Notes under the pieces: generated by a model | Told to the model about the DNA's origin: nothing | Databases searched by the model: none | Seen by the model: only the letters and a program-made list of their open reading frames with translations | NCBI RefSeq assembly: GCF_006345805.1 | Contig: NC_043014.1 | Coordinates: 47,616,001-47,680,000 of the forward strand | Length of the DNA stretch: 64,000 nucleotides | Origin: Octopus sinensis | Taxonomy: Eukaryota | Direction: 5' to 3' | In this document: positions 37,353 to 50,208 of the stretch, piece by piece | Layout of the letters: each line of letters begins with the position of its first letter | Numbering within the stretch: the stretch's first letter is position 1 | Made by a program: the position numbers and the translations under genes

Positions 37353-38237
37353 TGTACATATATATATACTCACAAAATAAAATATATTAGTACACTTTAA
37401 ATGTCAACGAAATATGTTTACCACAAAACCATAAAAATCAAATATATGAATACACTTCAAATGCGAGGGAAATGTATTTATATACAAAACTTCAAATGCA
37501 AAATTTGTGTATTTATATACAAAAGAAAATGTTCACAGACTCATTACTAGTTATAATTACAGCTCATGATTGTATGTTACAGAAGGAAAAGAATCTTATT
37601 TTAATCACCAAGGCGATGAAAATTTCACCCGGGATTAATTTGAGAACGATTTCATCCTTGACCACTACATTGCCTACTGGATTGGATTGGACTGGATTGC
37701 CTCTGTTCAGACCCCTGCAGGACGAACATCTTAGAATGTTCTCTCCACCAACCACAGTCCAATGTTGGGGCCGTGAAATTTGAGCTTGAGATCATACCGG
37801 TTTGGTGAACCTACTCTGCCGCACTGGTTGCACGACATGGCTTAACAGAAGGATGCAGTTTTATTATATTCAAACCCAGGAGTAATCAAGTCAACTACAT
37901 GGTCCTCACTGCTCAACATATGCTAAGTTTATCGACCTTGCAATTTTGGCAATTGTTTTCACCTGAGCACTGATTGCATGCGTCTATTGTATAAATGTGC
38001 CCTTTGAAACATTGTTATCTGTTATCACTCTCTCCCTCTTTCTCTCTAGTTCCCTCTCTTCTCTCTTCCACTCTCTCTCCTTTTTTCTGTCTCTCTATCT
38101 CTCCCTATTTACCCATCTCTATCTCGATATATGTGTGTGATTGCGTGTGTGTGTGTGTGTGTGTGTATGTCTCTCTCTCTCTCTCTCTCTCTGTATATAT
38201 ATATATATACAAACACTTTTGAATGTCATCAAACAAT

Positions 38238-38247
38238 TTTCACTTTC
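38238..38247. promoter_or_regulatory. ISRE core TTTCACTTTC upstream of gene 2
   Basis: Exact TTTCNNTTTC match, 254 bp upstream of ATG 38492. Confidence 0.35.
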
Positions 38248-38491
38248 ATTCTTCCAAATTTAGTTATCAATAAGAGCATAGCCACATTTTACTCCTCACT
38301 TTTGTTAAACTAGTTTACGGAGGCTCTTCTTTGCCAAATTGCCTCTCTTCTTCAATCTCGAGTTTCGTTAAAACATCTTCAGACCCAGTGACACTGCTTT
38401 GATACAAATTTCAAGTTTACTTTGGAAACAAAAAGAAACAGAAGGAGAAAGAAATCTTTTTTCCAACGTGAACTTGCTTTTCGCTTAAAAT

Positions 38492-38542
38492 ATGGCCAAT
38501 GAAATACAGAACATAACCAAAATATTGCAGGAATCAAAACTT
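38492..38542 (+). CDS. IFIT/TTC22-like TPR gene 2, first coding exon (MANEIQNITKILQESKL)
   Basis: Same length and phase as 27950-28000, same GTGAGTAT donor; 9/17 aa identical. Confidence 0.8.
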
Positions 38543-38611
38543 GTGAGTATTCGAACACAGGCATTTGCATGAATATACATCGTACATAATAATAATAATA
38601 CTAATACTAAT

Positions 38612-38650
<39 letters not shown>

Positions 38651-38926
38651 TAATAATAATAATAATAATAATGTTGATGATGATGATAACAATAATAATA
38701 ATTTTCTTTCCTTCCCCACTTTATTTTATTTAACTTCGCTATGTTTTATTTTTTCCTTTTTTTTTTCTCTGCCTTTCCCCCTTTTTCTCTATCACATGAT
38801 TCTCTAAATGAACAACCTGGTGCGATTGTTTTAATGGCCTACCAATGTATACAGTACATTTCTTTGCCCTTGGTGTAAGGAAGACAATTTGGCAAGAAAT
38901 AGAAACAGAATTGAATGATGATGCTA

Positions 38927-39000
<74 letters not shown>

Positions 39001-39004
<4 letters not shown>

Positions 39005-39701
39005 CATGTAATGAAAAGAAATATTACAAGTAACTGCAGAATATGTGGAGATGGACAAGAAACAATAAATCATATTATCTCTAGCTGCCCAGTCCTGGCT
39101 AAGAAGGAATATATTCACAGACATGACAGAGTTGGAACCTACATACATTGGAAGCTATGCCAACATAATGGAATAACCACAGAAAAAAGATGGTATAGGC
39201 ACACACCAGAAAAGGTCACAGAAAACGAGAAAGCAACCATACTCTGGGATATGCCGATACACACAGATAGAGAAATTAAGGCCAACAGACCAGATATAGT
39301 TGTCAGAGATCATGAAGAAAAAAAATGCTTTCTAATTGATGTATCAATACCGGCAGATGACAACGTGTCTCTAAAAGAAATGGAGAAACTCTCAAAATAC
39401 AAAGACCTGGAAATAGAGGTAACTAGAATGTGGAATCTGAAAACAGAAACAATTCCTATCATAGTAGGTGCATTAGGCATGATAAAAAAATATTCAGACA
39501 AATACATAACAAAAACACCAGGACTTACAAACACATATAACATACAGAAAATTGCACTACTAGGCACTGCACACATCCTATGCAGAACACTTTCCATACA
39601 ATAACCATCAGAGCATCACAACAAATCACAGCACATACCCAAGGCACACAGAGCTGCGCTCGGTAGTGAAGTGAAAGCAAGCTATAAAAATAAAACTACT
39701 G
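39001..39701 (+). mobile_element. 5'-truncated Dong/R4-type retrotransposon, copy 1
   Basis: CxxC-x7-H-x4-C knuckle, RHD motif, RPD...LID..IP restriction-like endonuclease; stop at 39604; (TAA)n flanks. Confidence 0.92.
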
Positions 39702-39708
39702 AATAATA

Positions 39709-39773
<65 letters not shown>

Positions 39774-39777
<4 letters not shown>

Positions 39778-40471
39778 CATGTAATGAAAAGAAATATTAC
39801 AAGTAACTGCAGAATATGTGGAGATGGACAAGAAACAATAAATCATATTATCTCTAGCTGCCCAGTCCTGGCTAAGAAGGAATATATTCACAGACATGAC
39901 AGAGTTGGAACCTACATACATTGGAAGCTATGCCAACATAATGGAATAACCACAGAAAAAAGATGGTATAGGCACACACCAGAAAAGGTCACAGAAAACG
40001 AGAAAGCAACCATACTCTGGGATATGCCGATACACACAGATAGAGAAATTAAGGCCAACAGACCAGATATAGTTGTCAGAGATCATGAAGAAAAAAAATG
40101 CTTTCTAATTGATGTATCAATACCGGCAGATGACAACGTGTCTCTAAAAGAAATGGAGAAACTCTCAAAATACAAAGACCTGGAAATAGAGGTAACTAGA
40201 ATGTGGAATCTGAAAACAGAAACAATTCCTATCATAGTAGGTGCATTAGGCATGATAAAAAAATATTCAGACAAATACATAACAAAAACACCAGGACTTA
40301 CAAACACATATAACATACAGAAAATTGCACTACTAGGCACTGCACACATCCTATGCAGAACACTTTCCATACAATAACCATCAGAGCATCACAACAAATC
40401 ACAGCACATACCCAAGGCACACAGAGCTGCGCTCGGTAGTGAAGTGAAAGCAAGCTATAAAAATAAAACTA

Positions 40472-40474
<3 letters not shown>
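39774..40474 (+). mobile_element. 5'-truncated Dong/R4-type retrotransposon, copy 2 (apparently identical)
   Basis: Offset 773 bp from copy 1, same truncation point. Confidence 0.92.
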
Positions 40475-40524
<50 letters not shown>

Positions 40525-41020
40525 TAATAATGATAATAATATACCCTTCATCAGTCTTTACGTTTAACCCCCTCCCCCATATTACCATTGTCAAGCGTCA
40601 ATCATTTGTTCGGTGTATGCGAATGAATTTTTTATTTAGTTTTATGTATGTTGTATTGTAGCCAGCTTTTTTGTTGAAAGATGGTGTTTTTAATGCTGTT
40701 AGGAATTATTGTTGAGTTGTTCATTTTTGTTAGTGTTATCTGGGTGACTCATTTGTGATTTCTGGTAGATCGAATGACTTGACTTATAGAAGCTCAATTC
40801 GTGAAGTAAAATATTACAACTTATTGAATAGTTATTTAATTGTTTTCGAAGGTTATTTGAAAAAAAATTGATTTCTTCAGCTGTTCTCTGAAACAAAAGA
40901 GTAAAAGTGTTTCTGCCAATGGAACAAGGGCATACTTATACAAGCGTTTCCTCCACCAACCATTGATTTTGTTTCCTCACAACTTTTAGGAAAAAGAACA
41001 GTTTTCAGTGAATATTTTTA

Positions 41021-41487
41021 GGATCTTTTCAGTTTGAACAATAGTTTGTAACATAATTTCTAGGTAACTAAAAAGTTTTAAACTTCGTACACTGGTAGAA
41101 TGTGTTTATAAAACATCATTTTCTCTTGGCTTTATTGAGAAAATTCTGTATTTTGTAACATATTTCATCTTTAATTTCTTGCATTTCAGCAATTTTAACC
41201 AATCAATTACCTCCATTGACGTAAATAACATTCTGTGCCGCATGAATATGTCTCTCGTTTAAGAAACAGATTGGGTTTATTTAGAGTTGTGAAGAAAAAA
41301 AGATACCCTTCCCCCACCCCTAACCCTAACCCAAAATCTAAAATAGATTGAAATGCAATAGATCGATGCTAGGGTTATAATTGTGGGTGACAATTATGGA
41401 TGACAATTTCATACTGCTAGAGAAAATGGGAATTTTTTAGTTACCTAGAAATTATGTTACAAACTGCCATTCAAACCGAAAAGATCC
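41021..41487. mobile_element. MITE with ~54-bp TIRs
   Basis: GGATCTTTTC...GTAACTAAAAA and its near-perfect inverse; internal CCCTAACCCTAA. Confidence 0.8.
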
Positions 41488-42174
41488 TTTTTTTATAACG
41501 ATAACATCAGGGTAATGCGATAAAGCTTTTTGGTGGGTGGTGGGCGTTTCGGATAATTCATGTGAATCGATTCTGTTTGGTCATGAGTTTCAGGAAAATA
41601 GATATGTTTAAAAGAAATTTTCAGAAAATACACAAGACAATTACTGTTCTGTAGAGCTAAAGAAGACATTTTCCGTTTTAACAACACAATCGTGCACCCC
41701 CACTGAATGTGCTTATCATTCTAGAAAATGGATATTTTTCCAATGAAATTTTCTGCAAATGCCTTTCAGATACTGTAGATTTCCGTTATATGGGAATTAG
41801 TCATGAAAACATTTTTCGGAGGAGTGAAGAGGAGTTTCGGATAATTCCCATGAGTCGACTTTGTTTTCACATAAACTCGCAAAAATTGCGTATTTGTTAA
41901 GGAAATTTTCTACAAATTTCTTTTAAATTACGATTATATCGAAATTTGATGTGAAAAAAAAAAAACTATGCGCGCACAAATATACTGAGATCTATTACAC
42001 ATTTTTTTTTCAAGATGTCCAAGTTTCATTTTGTATTTATTGTGTGCTCACCAGTTTTTCTTTTTCTTGAGATCAAATTCCGATGTAATTGTAATTTATA
42101 CCATGTGAAAGGTATTTCAAGAATATTTCAGCTAAAATAGCCATTTTTGAGAGTTCTGAGAAAACAAATTCGAC

Positions 42175-42369
42175 TTACTCTTTTACTCTTTTACTTGTTT
42201 CAGTCATTTGACTGTGGCCATGCTGGAGCACCGCCTTTAGTCGAACAAATCGACCCCGGTACTTATTCTTTGTAAGCCCAGTACTTATTAGCTGAACCGC
42301 TAAGTGACGGGGACGTAAACACACCAGCATCGGTTGTCAAGCAATGCTAGGGGGACAAACACAGACACA

Positions 42370-42451
<82 letters not shown>

Positions 42452-42616
42452 TACGACAGGCTTCTTTCAGTTTCCGTCTACCAAATCCACTCACAAGGCT
42501 TTGGTCGGCCCGGGGCTATAGCAGAAGACACTTGCCCAAGGTGCCACGCAGTGGGACTGAACCCGGAACCATGTGGTTGGTTAGCAAGCTACTTACCACA
42601 CAGCCACTCCTGCGCC
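42175..42616 (-). mobile_element. SINE family A
   Basis: Head to tail. Confidence 0.9.
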
Positions 42617-43397
42617 TGTTGAATTATATTGAATTATATTGAATTATCCAAAATTCTTCCTCTGAAAAAAACTTTCACCACAAATTCCAACATAATTATA
42701 ACACACACCACCTGAAATGCATTTGTAGAAAATTTCATTAAAAAATATTCGTTTTTCTGAAAGTTAAGAGAAAAGAAGTCTTTTGGGGTTTTTTTTTTTT
42801 ATCATTCCAACGTTGGCAGATTCATAGAACACCCCTTAAGTATATCATGGGTTTTACAATTATAAATTCAACTAGCAAAACCGACCGTTCTAATTTGTCT
42901 GATTAAATCTAAAATTCGAGACATGGTCCAAAAAATGTGTATCAAAATATTATAATGCTGTGGAAATAAAAAAAATAAGACCGCATCTCGTATTTGTTCC
43001 CTCATAACTATCAGAAAAATGGATATTTTTTAATGAGGTTTTCTACAAATGCCTTTTAAATACTGTTGATTACGATAAATCAGAATATGTTGTGAAAATT
43101 TTTCGGAGGGGTCTGAGGAGAAGTTTCGCATAATTCACATCAATCAAAACTCTTTGCTCATTACTAAAAAAAAATTTTTTTAAATGGGTATTTTTGAAAT
43201 AAAATATTCTGTCAATACTTTCCACATGGTGCAGATTACGATTGTATTGAAATTCGATCTGAAAACGCAATATCAGTGGGCGTGTAATATCTACAAAATG
43301 AAACTTGAAATTTTAAAACACATCACGGGATTTGTGTCAATAGATTTGTAGGTACTCTGACCAAATTTCGGTTTGTTTGTTTTTCAGTAAAAATTTC

Positions 43398-43547
43398 CTG
43401 TGTGGTAAGTAGCTTGCTAACCAACCACATGGTTCCGGGTTCAGTACCACTGCGTGGCATCTTGGGCAAGTGTCTTCTGCTATAGTCCCGGGCCGACCAA
43501 TGCCTTGTGAGTGGATTTGGTAGACAGAAACTGAAAGAAGCCTGTCG

Positions 43548-43626
<79 letters not shown>

Positions 43627-43835
43627 TTGTGTGTCTGTTTGTCCCCCCAACATCGCTTGACAACCGATGCTGGTGTGTTTACGTTCCCGTCACTTAGCGG
43701 TTCGGCAAAAGAGACCGATAGAATAAATACTGGGCTTACAAAGAATAAGTTCCGGGGTCGATTTGCTCGACTAAAGGCGGTGCTCCAGCATGGCCGCAGT
43801 CAAATGACTGAAACAAGTAAAAGAGTAAAAGAGTA
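43398..43835 (+). mobile_element. SINE family A
   Basis: Slightly 5'-clipped; AAAGAGT tail. Confidence 0.9.
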
Positions 43836-43929
43836 ATCAGAATCTACCCTATTTGAAAATATCATTAGAAATCCCTGTTTTCTTAAAATTTAAAAATCAA
43901 ATTCGGGTCGAGGCACAGTTATGCAGGAA

Positions 43930-44440
43930 TGCCTACATACATACACACATACAGATGTACGTACATACGTATGTACGTACGTACATACATACATACATAC
44001 ATACATACATACATACATACATACATACATGTATACATACATACATACATGTATACATACATACATACATACACACATACATGTATACATACATACACAC
44101 ATACATACATGTATACATACATACATACATACATACATACATACATACATACATGCATACATACATGTATACATACATACATGTATACATACATACATAC
44201 ATACATACATGTATACATACATACATACATACATACATACATACATGTATACATACATACATACATACATGTATACATACATACATGTATACATACATAC
44301 ACACATACATACATGTATACATACATACACACATACATACATACATACATACATGTATACATACATACATACATACATACATACATACATACATACATAC
44401 ATACATACATACATACATACATGTATACATACATACATAT
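43930..44440. repeat. (TACA)n microsatellite
   Basis: Direct reading. Confidence 0.97.
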
Positions 44441-44615
44441 CATAACATGGATCACACAGTTATCACTGAGAGATACTAAATCAACACCTATTGTTACGAA
44501 CAGAATTAGGTTAGCAATGGGCATATTCCAGGCTGATAGTTTATCTGTAATTTTGTTTTGTACTGGCAGTGAATTCATTGAATGTATTGCTTGGCTACAC
44601 AGAAAAGAAGATTAA

Positions 44616-44834
44616 CCCTTTAGTATTTAAACCAGCCATATCCGGCCAAAATGGTTAATCTGTTTTATGTTCAAACTGACCAGATCCAGGCTCTCACACC
44701 TACCCCACAATGTTATTCTACATTAAGTAATTACACCATCAAGATCTTGAAGATATGAGATAATGCATGATTAATTCAAATCAATGGGAATCAATTAGCA
44801 TTATGTTTGATAGAATAATCTGAACACTAAAGGG
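44616..44834. mobile_element. piggyBac-like MITE, second family
   Basis: TTAA|CCCTTTAGT...ACTAAAGGG|TTAA; TIR matches at 12/14. Confidence 0.85.
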
Positions 44835-44938
44835 TTAAAATTACTCACACAGTTTTTGTTGAAGACCTAAATTTCTCTTCTGGCAAAGTGAAGAACAGCA
44901 AGTGACAATTAGACTAGTTACAACATTTTCGCGGGACA

Positions 44939-45425
44939 ACACCGTCCAAGCGTGGCCGTCTGCCAGCCTCGTCTGGCACCTGTGTCGGTGGCACATAAAA
45001 ACACCATCCGAGCGTGGCCGTCTGCCAGCCTCGTCTGGCACCTGTGTCGGTGGCACATCAAAACACCATCCGAGCGTGGCCGTCTGCCAGCCTCGTCTGG
45101 CACCTGTGTCGGTGGCACATAAAAACACCATCCGAGCGTGGCCGTCTGCCAGCCTCGTCTGGCACCTGTGTCGGTGGCACATAAAAACACCATCTGAGCG
45201 TGGCCGTTCGCCAGCCTCGTCTGGCACCTGTGTCGGTGGCACATAAAATCACCCACTACACTCACGGAGTGGTTGGCGTTAGGAAGGGCATCCAGCTGTA
45301 GAAACACTGCCAGATCTGACTGGCCTGGTGCAGCCTTCGGGCTCCCCAGACCCCAGTTGAACCGTCCAACCCATGCTAGCATGGAAAGCGGACGTTAAAC
45401 GATGATGATGATGATGATGATGATG
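44939..45425 (+). mobile_element. Retroposon family B with five ~61-bp modules
   Basis: Direct reading. Confidence 0.9.
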
Positions 45426-45457
45426 AATGGAATGGAAATTTTGCAAGACAAATGCTC

Positions 45458-45854
45458 GGCTGTGTGGTAAGTAGCTTGCTTACCAACCACATGGTTCCGG
45501 GTTCAGTCCCGCTGCGTGATACTTTGGGCAAGTGTCTTCTACTATAGCCTTGGGCCGACCAAAGCCTTGTGAGTGGATTTGGTAGACGGAAACTGAAAGA
45601 AGCCCGTCGTGTATATGTATATATATATATATGTGTGTGTGTGTGTCTGTGTTTGTCCCCCAACATCACTTGACAACCGATGCTGGTGTGTTTACGTTTC
45701 CGTAACTTAGCGGTTCGACAAAAGAGGCCGATAGAATAAGTACTAGGCTTACAAAAATAAGTCCTGGGGTCGATTTGTTCGACTAAAGGTGGTGCTCCAG
45801 CATGGCCACAGTCAAAAGACTGAAACAATTAAAAGAGTAAAGAGTAAAAGAGTA
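45458..45854 (+). mobile_element. SINE family A
   Basis: Head to tail. Confidence 0.9.
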
Positions 45855-46060
45855 ATATATGATACTCATCGAGTAAAGATTGTTGACCAAACAAAGAACA
45901 TAAACATCAATGGTTTCCCTCTCTCCCCTATCTCTAACGATGTAAACCGTAAGTATCTCGGAATCTTTGAGCATGTTGCTTTCATTGATGCTATGATTAA
46001 AGCCAGAATAGCATTACTCAGATAGTTTCGGCAAAGGTGTGTCACAACCGGTATGTATTA

Positions 46061-46657
46061 TAAGGCGGTGAGCTGGCAGAAACGTTAGCACACCGAGCGA
46101 AATGCTTAGCGGTATTTCGTCTGCCGCTACGTTCTGAGTTCAAATTCCGCCGAGGTCGACTTTGCCTTTCATCCTTTCGGGGTCGATTAAATAAGTACCA
46201 GTTACACACTGGGGTCGCATTAATCGACTTAATCCGTTTGTCTGTCCTTGTTTCTCCCCTCTGTGTTTAGCCCTTGTGGGTAGTAAAGAAATAGGTATTT
46301 CGTCTGCCGTTACATTTTGAGTTCAAATTCTGCCGAGGTCGACTTTGCCTTTCATCCTTTCGAGGTCGATTAAACAAGTACCAGTTACGTACTGGGGTTG
46401 CATTAATCAACTTAATCCGTTTGTCTGTCCTTGTTTGTCCCCTCTGTGTTTAGCCACTTGTGGGTAGTAAAGAAATAGGTTGTCTGTCTTTAAGTTCTGA
46501 GTTCAAATTCGGCTGAGGTCAACTTTGCCTTTCATCCTTTCGGGGTCAATTAAATAAATACCAGTTACGCACTGGGGTCACATTAATCGACTTAATCCGT
46601 TTGTCTGTCCTTGTTTGTCCCCTCTGTGTTTAGCCACTTGTGGGTAGTAAAGAAATA
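46061..46657 (+). mobile_element. SINE family D: one head plus three bodies
   Basis: Units at 46111, 46294 and 46478; 11-bp TSD GGTATGTATTA (46050-46060 / 46658-46668). Confidence 0.9.
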
Positions 46658-46873
46658 GGTATGTATTAACACCTTAAAAACAAGGAATACTGGTCGAATA
46701 CTCCAATAAAACAGCAACCCGGTGCGTACGCCACAGACCTGATATTTTTCTATGGACAGGGAACAGAATTCTTTCAGTATTGTAGAGGTCAGCTGGCTAG
46801 CGGATATGAACGTACTGTCTCAGGAAAAAAGTGAAAGTTTATGGTAAACGAATGAGTAACTTACAGCACTTTG

Positions 46874-47272
46874 ACTTGTTTCAGTCATTTGACTGCGGCC
46901 ATGCTGGAGCACCGCCTTTAATCGAGCAACTCGACCCCGGGACTTATTCTTTGTAAGCCCAGTACTTATTCTATCTCGGTCTCTTTTGCTGAAACGCTAA
47001 GTGACGGGGACATAAACACACCAGCATTGGTTGTCAAGCAATGCTAGGGGGACAAACACAGACACACAAACATACACACACACATATATATATATACATA
47101 TACATATATACGACGGGCTTCTTTGAGTTTCCGTCTACCAAATCCACTCACAAGGCTTTGGTCGGCCCGAGGCTATAGTAGAAGACACTTGCCCAAGGTG
47201 CCATGCAGTGGGACTGAACCCAGAACCATGTGGTTGGTAAACAAGCTACTTACCACACAGCCGCTCCTACGC
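46874..47272 (-). mobile_element. SINE family A
   Basis: Body and head. Confidence 0.9.
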
Positions 47273-47387
47273 AGATTTTCATTTGTCGCTAACACAATAG
47301 GAGCATTATGTTATGTATCTGCAGAATTACACACACAAAAAAAAATATAGAAATACTTGGTTTTTTGAAGAAAGTGCAACAGAAATA

Positions 47388-47692
47388 GGCGCAGGAGTGG
47401 CTCTGTGGTAAGTAGCTTGCTAACCAACCACATGGTTCCGGGTTCAAACATCTATCCATCCATTCATCCATCCATCCATCCATCCATTCATCCATCCATC
47501 CATCCATCCATCCATTCATCCATTCATCCATCCATCCATCCATCCATTCATCCATCCATCCATCCATCCATTCATCTATCCATTCATCCATGCATCCATC
47601 CATTCATTCATCCATCCATCCATTCATCCATCCATCCATCCATTCATCTATCCATCCATCCATCCATCCATCCATCCATTCATCCATCCATC
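47388..47692 (+). repeat. SINE A head (47388-47447) fused to a (CATC)n microsatellite
   Basis: Direct reading. Confidence 0.85.
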
Positions 47693-47981
47693 GGGGAGAT
47701 GTTGTGTAGTCATTATCATCCATCAAATGTGTAAAATGCGCTTCCTCTCGTGATTGTTTAAACAATTCCATTGTAAGAACCTTCTTTCATTTCACTCAGT
47801 GAGAAAAAGCAGACTGATATTTTCAGCAGTAAACCGTCATTCATTTCACCGCCTATAATTTATCTATTTATATAACCTCTTTGGATATTATGGAATTCCC
47901 GAGGTATATCCACTAGCAAGACAATTTCCACTGTATGATGACATCAGGTAGCAATAAACTTGCTTTAAGAATAACATGGCG

Positions 47982-50208
47982 CCTTCCCTCGCTCTCACCC
48001 ACGCAGCTGCATCTGTTCCTTCGCTCGCTCTCACTCACGCAGCTGCATCTGTTCCTTCCCTCGCTCTCACTCACGCAGCTGCATCTGTTCCTTCCCTCGC
48101 TCTCACTCACGCAGCTGCATCTGTTCCTTCCCTCGCTCTCACTCACGCAGCTGCACCTGTTCCTTCCCTCGCTCTCACCTATGCAGCTACACCTGTCCCT
48201 TCCCTCGCTTTCACTCACGCAGCTGCATCTCTTCCTTCCCTCGCTCTCACCCACGCAGCTGCATCTGTTTCTTCCCTCGCTCTCACCCACACATCTGCAC
48301 CTGTTCCTTCCCTCACTCTCACTCATGCAGCTGCATCTGTCCCTTCCCTCGCTCTCACTCACGCAGCTGCATCTGTTCCTTCCCTCGCTCTCACTCACGC
48401 AGCTGCATCTGTTCCTTCCCTCGCTCTCACTCACGCAGCTGCATCTGTTCCTTCCCTCGCTCTCACTCACGCAGCTGCACCTGTTCCTTCCCTCGCTCTC
48501 ACTCACGCAGCTGCATCTGTCCCTTCCCTCGCTCTCACTCACGCAGCTGCATCTGTTCCTTCCCTTGCTCTCACCCACGCAGCTGCATCTGTTTCTTCCC
48601 TCGCTCTCACCCACGCAGCTGCACCTGTTCCTTCCCTCGCTCTCACTCACGCAGCTGCACCTGTCCCTTCCCTTGCTCTCACTCACGCAGCTGCATCTGT
48701 TCCTTCCCTCGCTCTCACTCACGCAGCTGCATCTGTTCCTTCCCTCGCTCTCACTCACGCAGCTGCATCTGTTCCTTCCCTCGCTCTCACTCACGCAGCT
48801 GCACCTGTTCCTTCCCTCGCTCTCACTCACGCAGCTGCACCTGTCCCTTCCCTCGCTCTCACCCACGCAGCTGCATCTGTTCCTTCCCTCGCTCTCACCC
48901 ACGCAGCTGCATCTGTTTCTTCCCTCGCTCTCACCCACGCAGCTGCACCTGTTCCTTCCCTCGCTCTCACTCACGCAGCTGCACCTGTCCCTTCCCTCGC
49001 TCTCACTCACGCAGCTGCATCTGTTCCTTCCCTCGCTCTCACCCACGCAGCTGCATCTGTTTCTTCCCTCGCTCTCACCCACGCAGCTGCATCTGTTCCT
49101 TCCCTCGCTCTCATCCACGCAACTGCATCTGTCCTTCCCTCGCTCTCACCCACGCAGCTGCATCTGTTCCTTTCCTCCCTCTCACCCACGCAGCTGCATC
49201 TGTTCCTTCCCTCGCTCTCACTCATGCAGCTGCATCTGTTTCTTCCCTCGCTCTCACTCATGCAGCTGCATCTGTTCCTTCCCTCGCTCTCACTCATGCA
49301 GCTGCACCTGTTCCTTCCCTCGCTCTCACCCATGCAGCTGCATCTGTTCCCTTGCTCTCACCCACGCAACTGCACCTGTTCTTTCCCTCATTCTCACCCA
49401 CACAGCTGCACCTGTTCCTTCCCTCACTCTCACCCACACAGCTGCACCTGTTCCTTCCCTCGCTCTCACCCACGCAGCTGCATCTGTTTCTTCCTCGCTC
49501 TCACTCACGCAGCTGCACCTGTTCCTTCCCTCGCTCTCACTCACGCAGCTGCATCTGTTTCTTCCCTCGCTCTCACCCACGCAGCTGTATCTGTTCCCTC
49601 GCTCTCACCCACGCAACTGCACCTGTTCTTTCCTCGCTCTCACCCATGCAGCTGCATCTGTTCCTTCCCTCGCTCTCACTCACGCAGCTGCACCTGTTCC
49701 TTCACTCACTCTCACCCACGCAGCTGCATCTATTTCTTCCCTCGCTCTCACTCACGCAGCTGCATCTGTTCCTTCCCTCGCTCTCACCCACGCAGCTGCA
49801 TCTGTTCCTTCCCTCGCTCTCACTCATGCAGCTGCACCTGTTCCTTCCCTCGCTCTCACTCACACAGCTGCATCTGTTCCTTCCCTCACTCTCACCCACG
49901 CAGCTGCATCTGTTCCTTCCCTCGCTCTCACTCATGCAGCTGCATCTGTTTCTTCCCTCGCTCTCACCCACGCAGCTGCATTTATTCCTTCCCTCACTCT
50001 CACCCATGCAGCTGCACCTGTTCCTTCCCTCGCTTTCACCCATGCAGCTGCACCTGTTCCTTCCCTCGCTCTCACCCACGTAGCTGCATCTGTTCCTTCC
50101 CTCGCTCTCACCCACGCAGCTGCATCTGTTCCTTCCCTCGCCCTCACCTATGCAGCTGCACCTGTTCCTTCCCTCTCTCTCACCCATGCAGCTGCACCTG
50201 TTCCTTCC
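47982..50208. repeat. 36-bp minisatellite, about 62 units
   Basis: Unit CCTTCCCTCGCTCTCAC(T/C)CACGCAGCTGCA(T/C)CTGTT. Confidence 0.97.

Noticed and set aside
37472-37990. Higher-GC segment with short ORFs and CxxC motifs
   Set aside because: Stops in all frames and no recognisable domain; unresolved without a search
41318-41332. CCCTAA telomere-like repeat
   Set aside because: Only 2.5 units, inside a MITE
44939-45250. Regular ~61-bp repeats resembling a CRISPR array
   Set aside because: No unique spacers; eukaryotic retroposon context; no cas genes
46827-46838. AAAAGTGAAAG IRF-like motif in the gene 2 intron
   Set aside because: No positional or paralog support; kept only as a caution on chance matches
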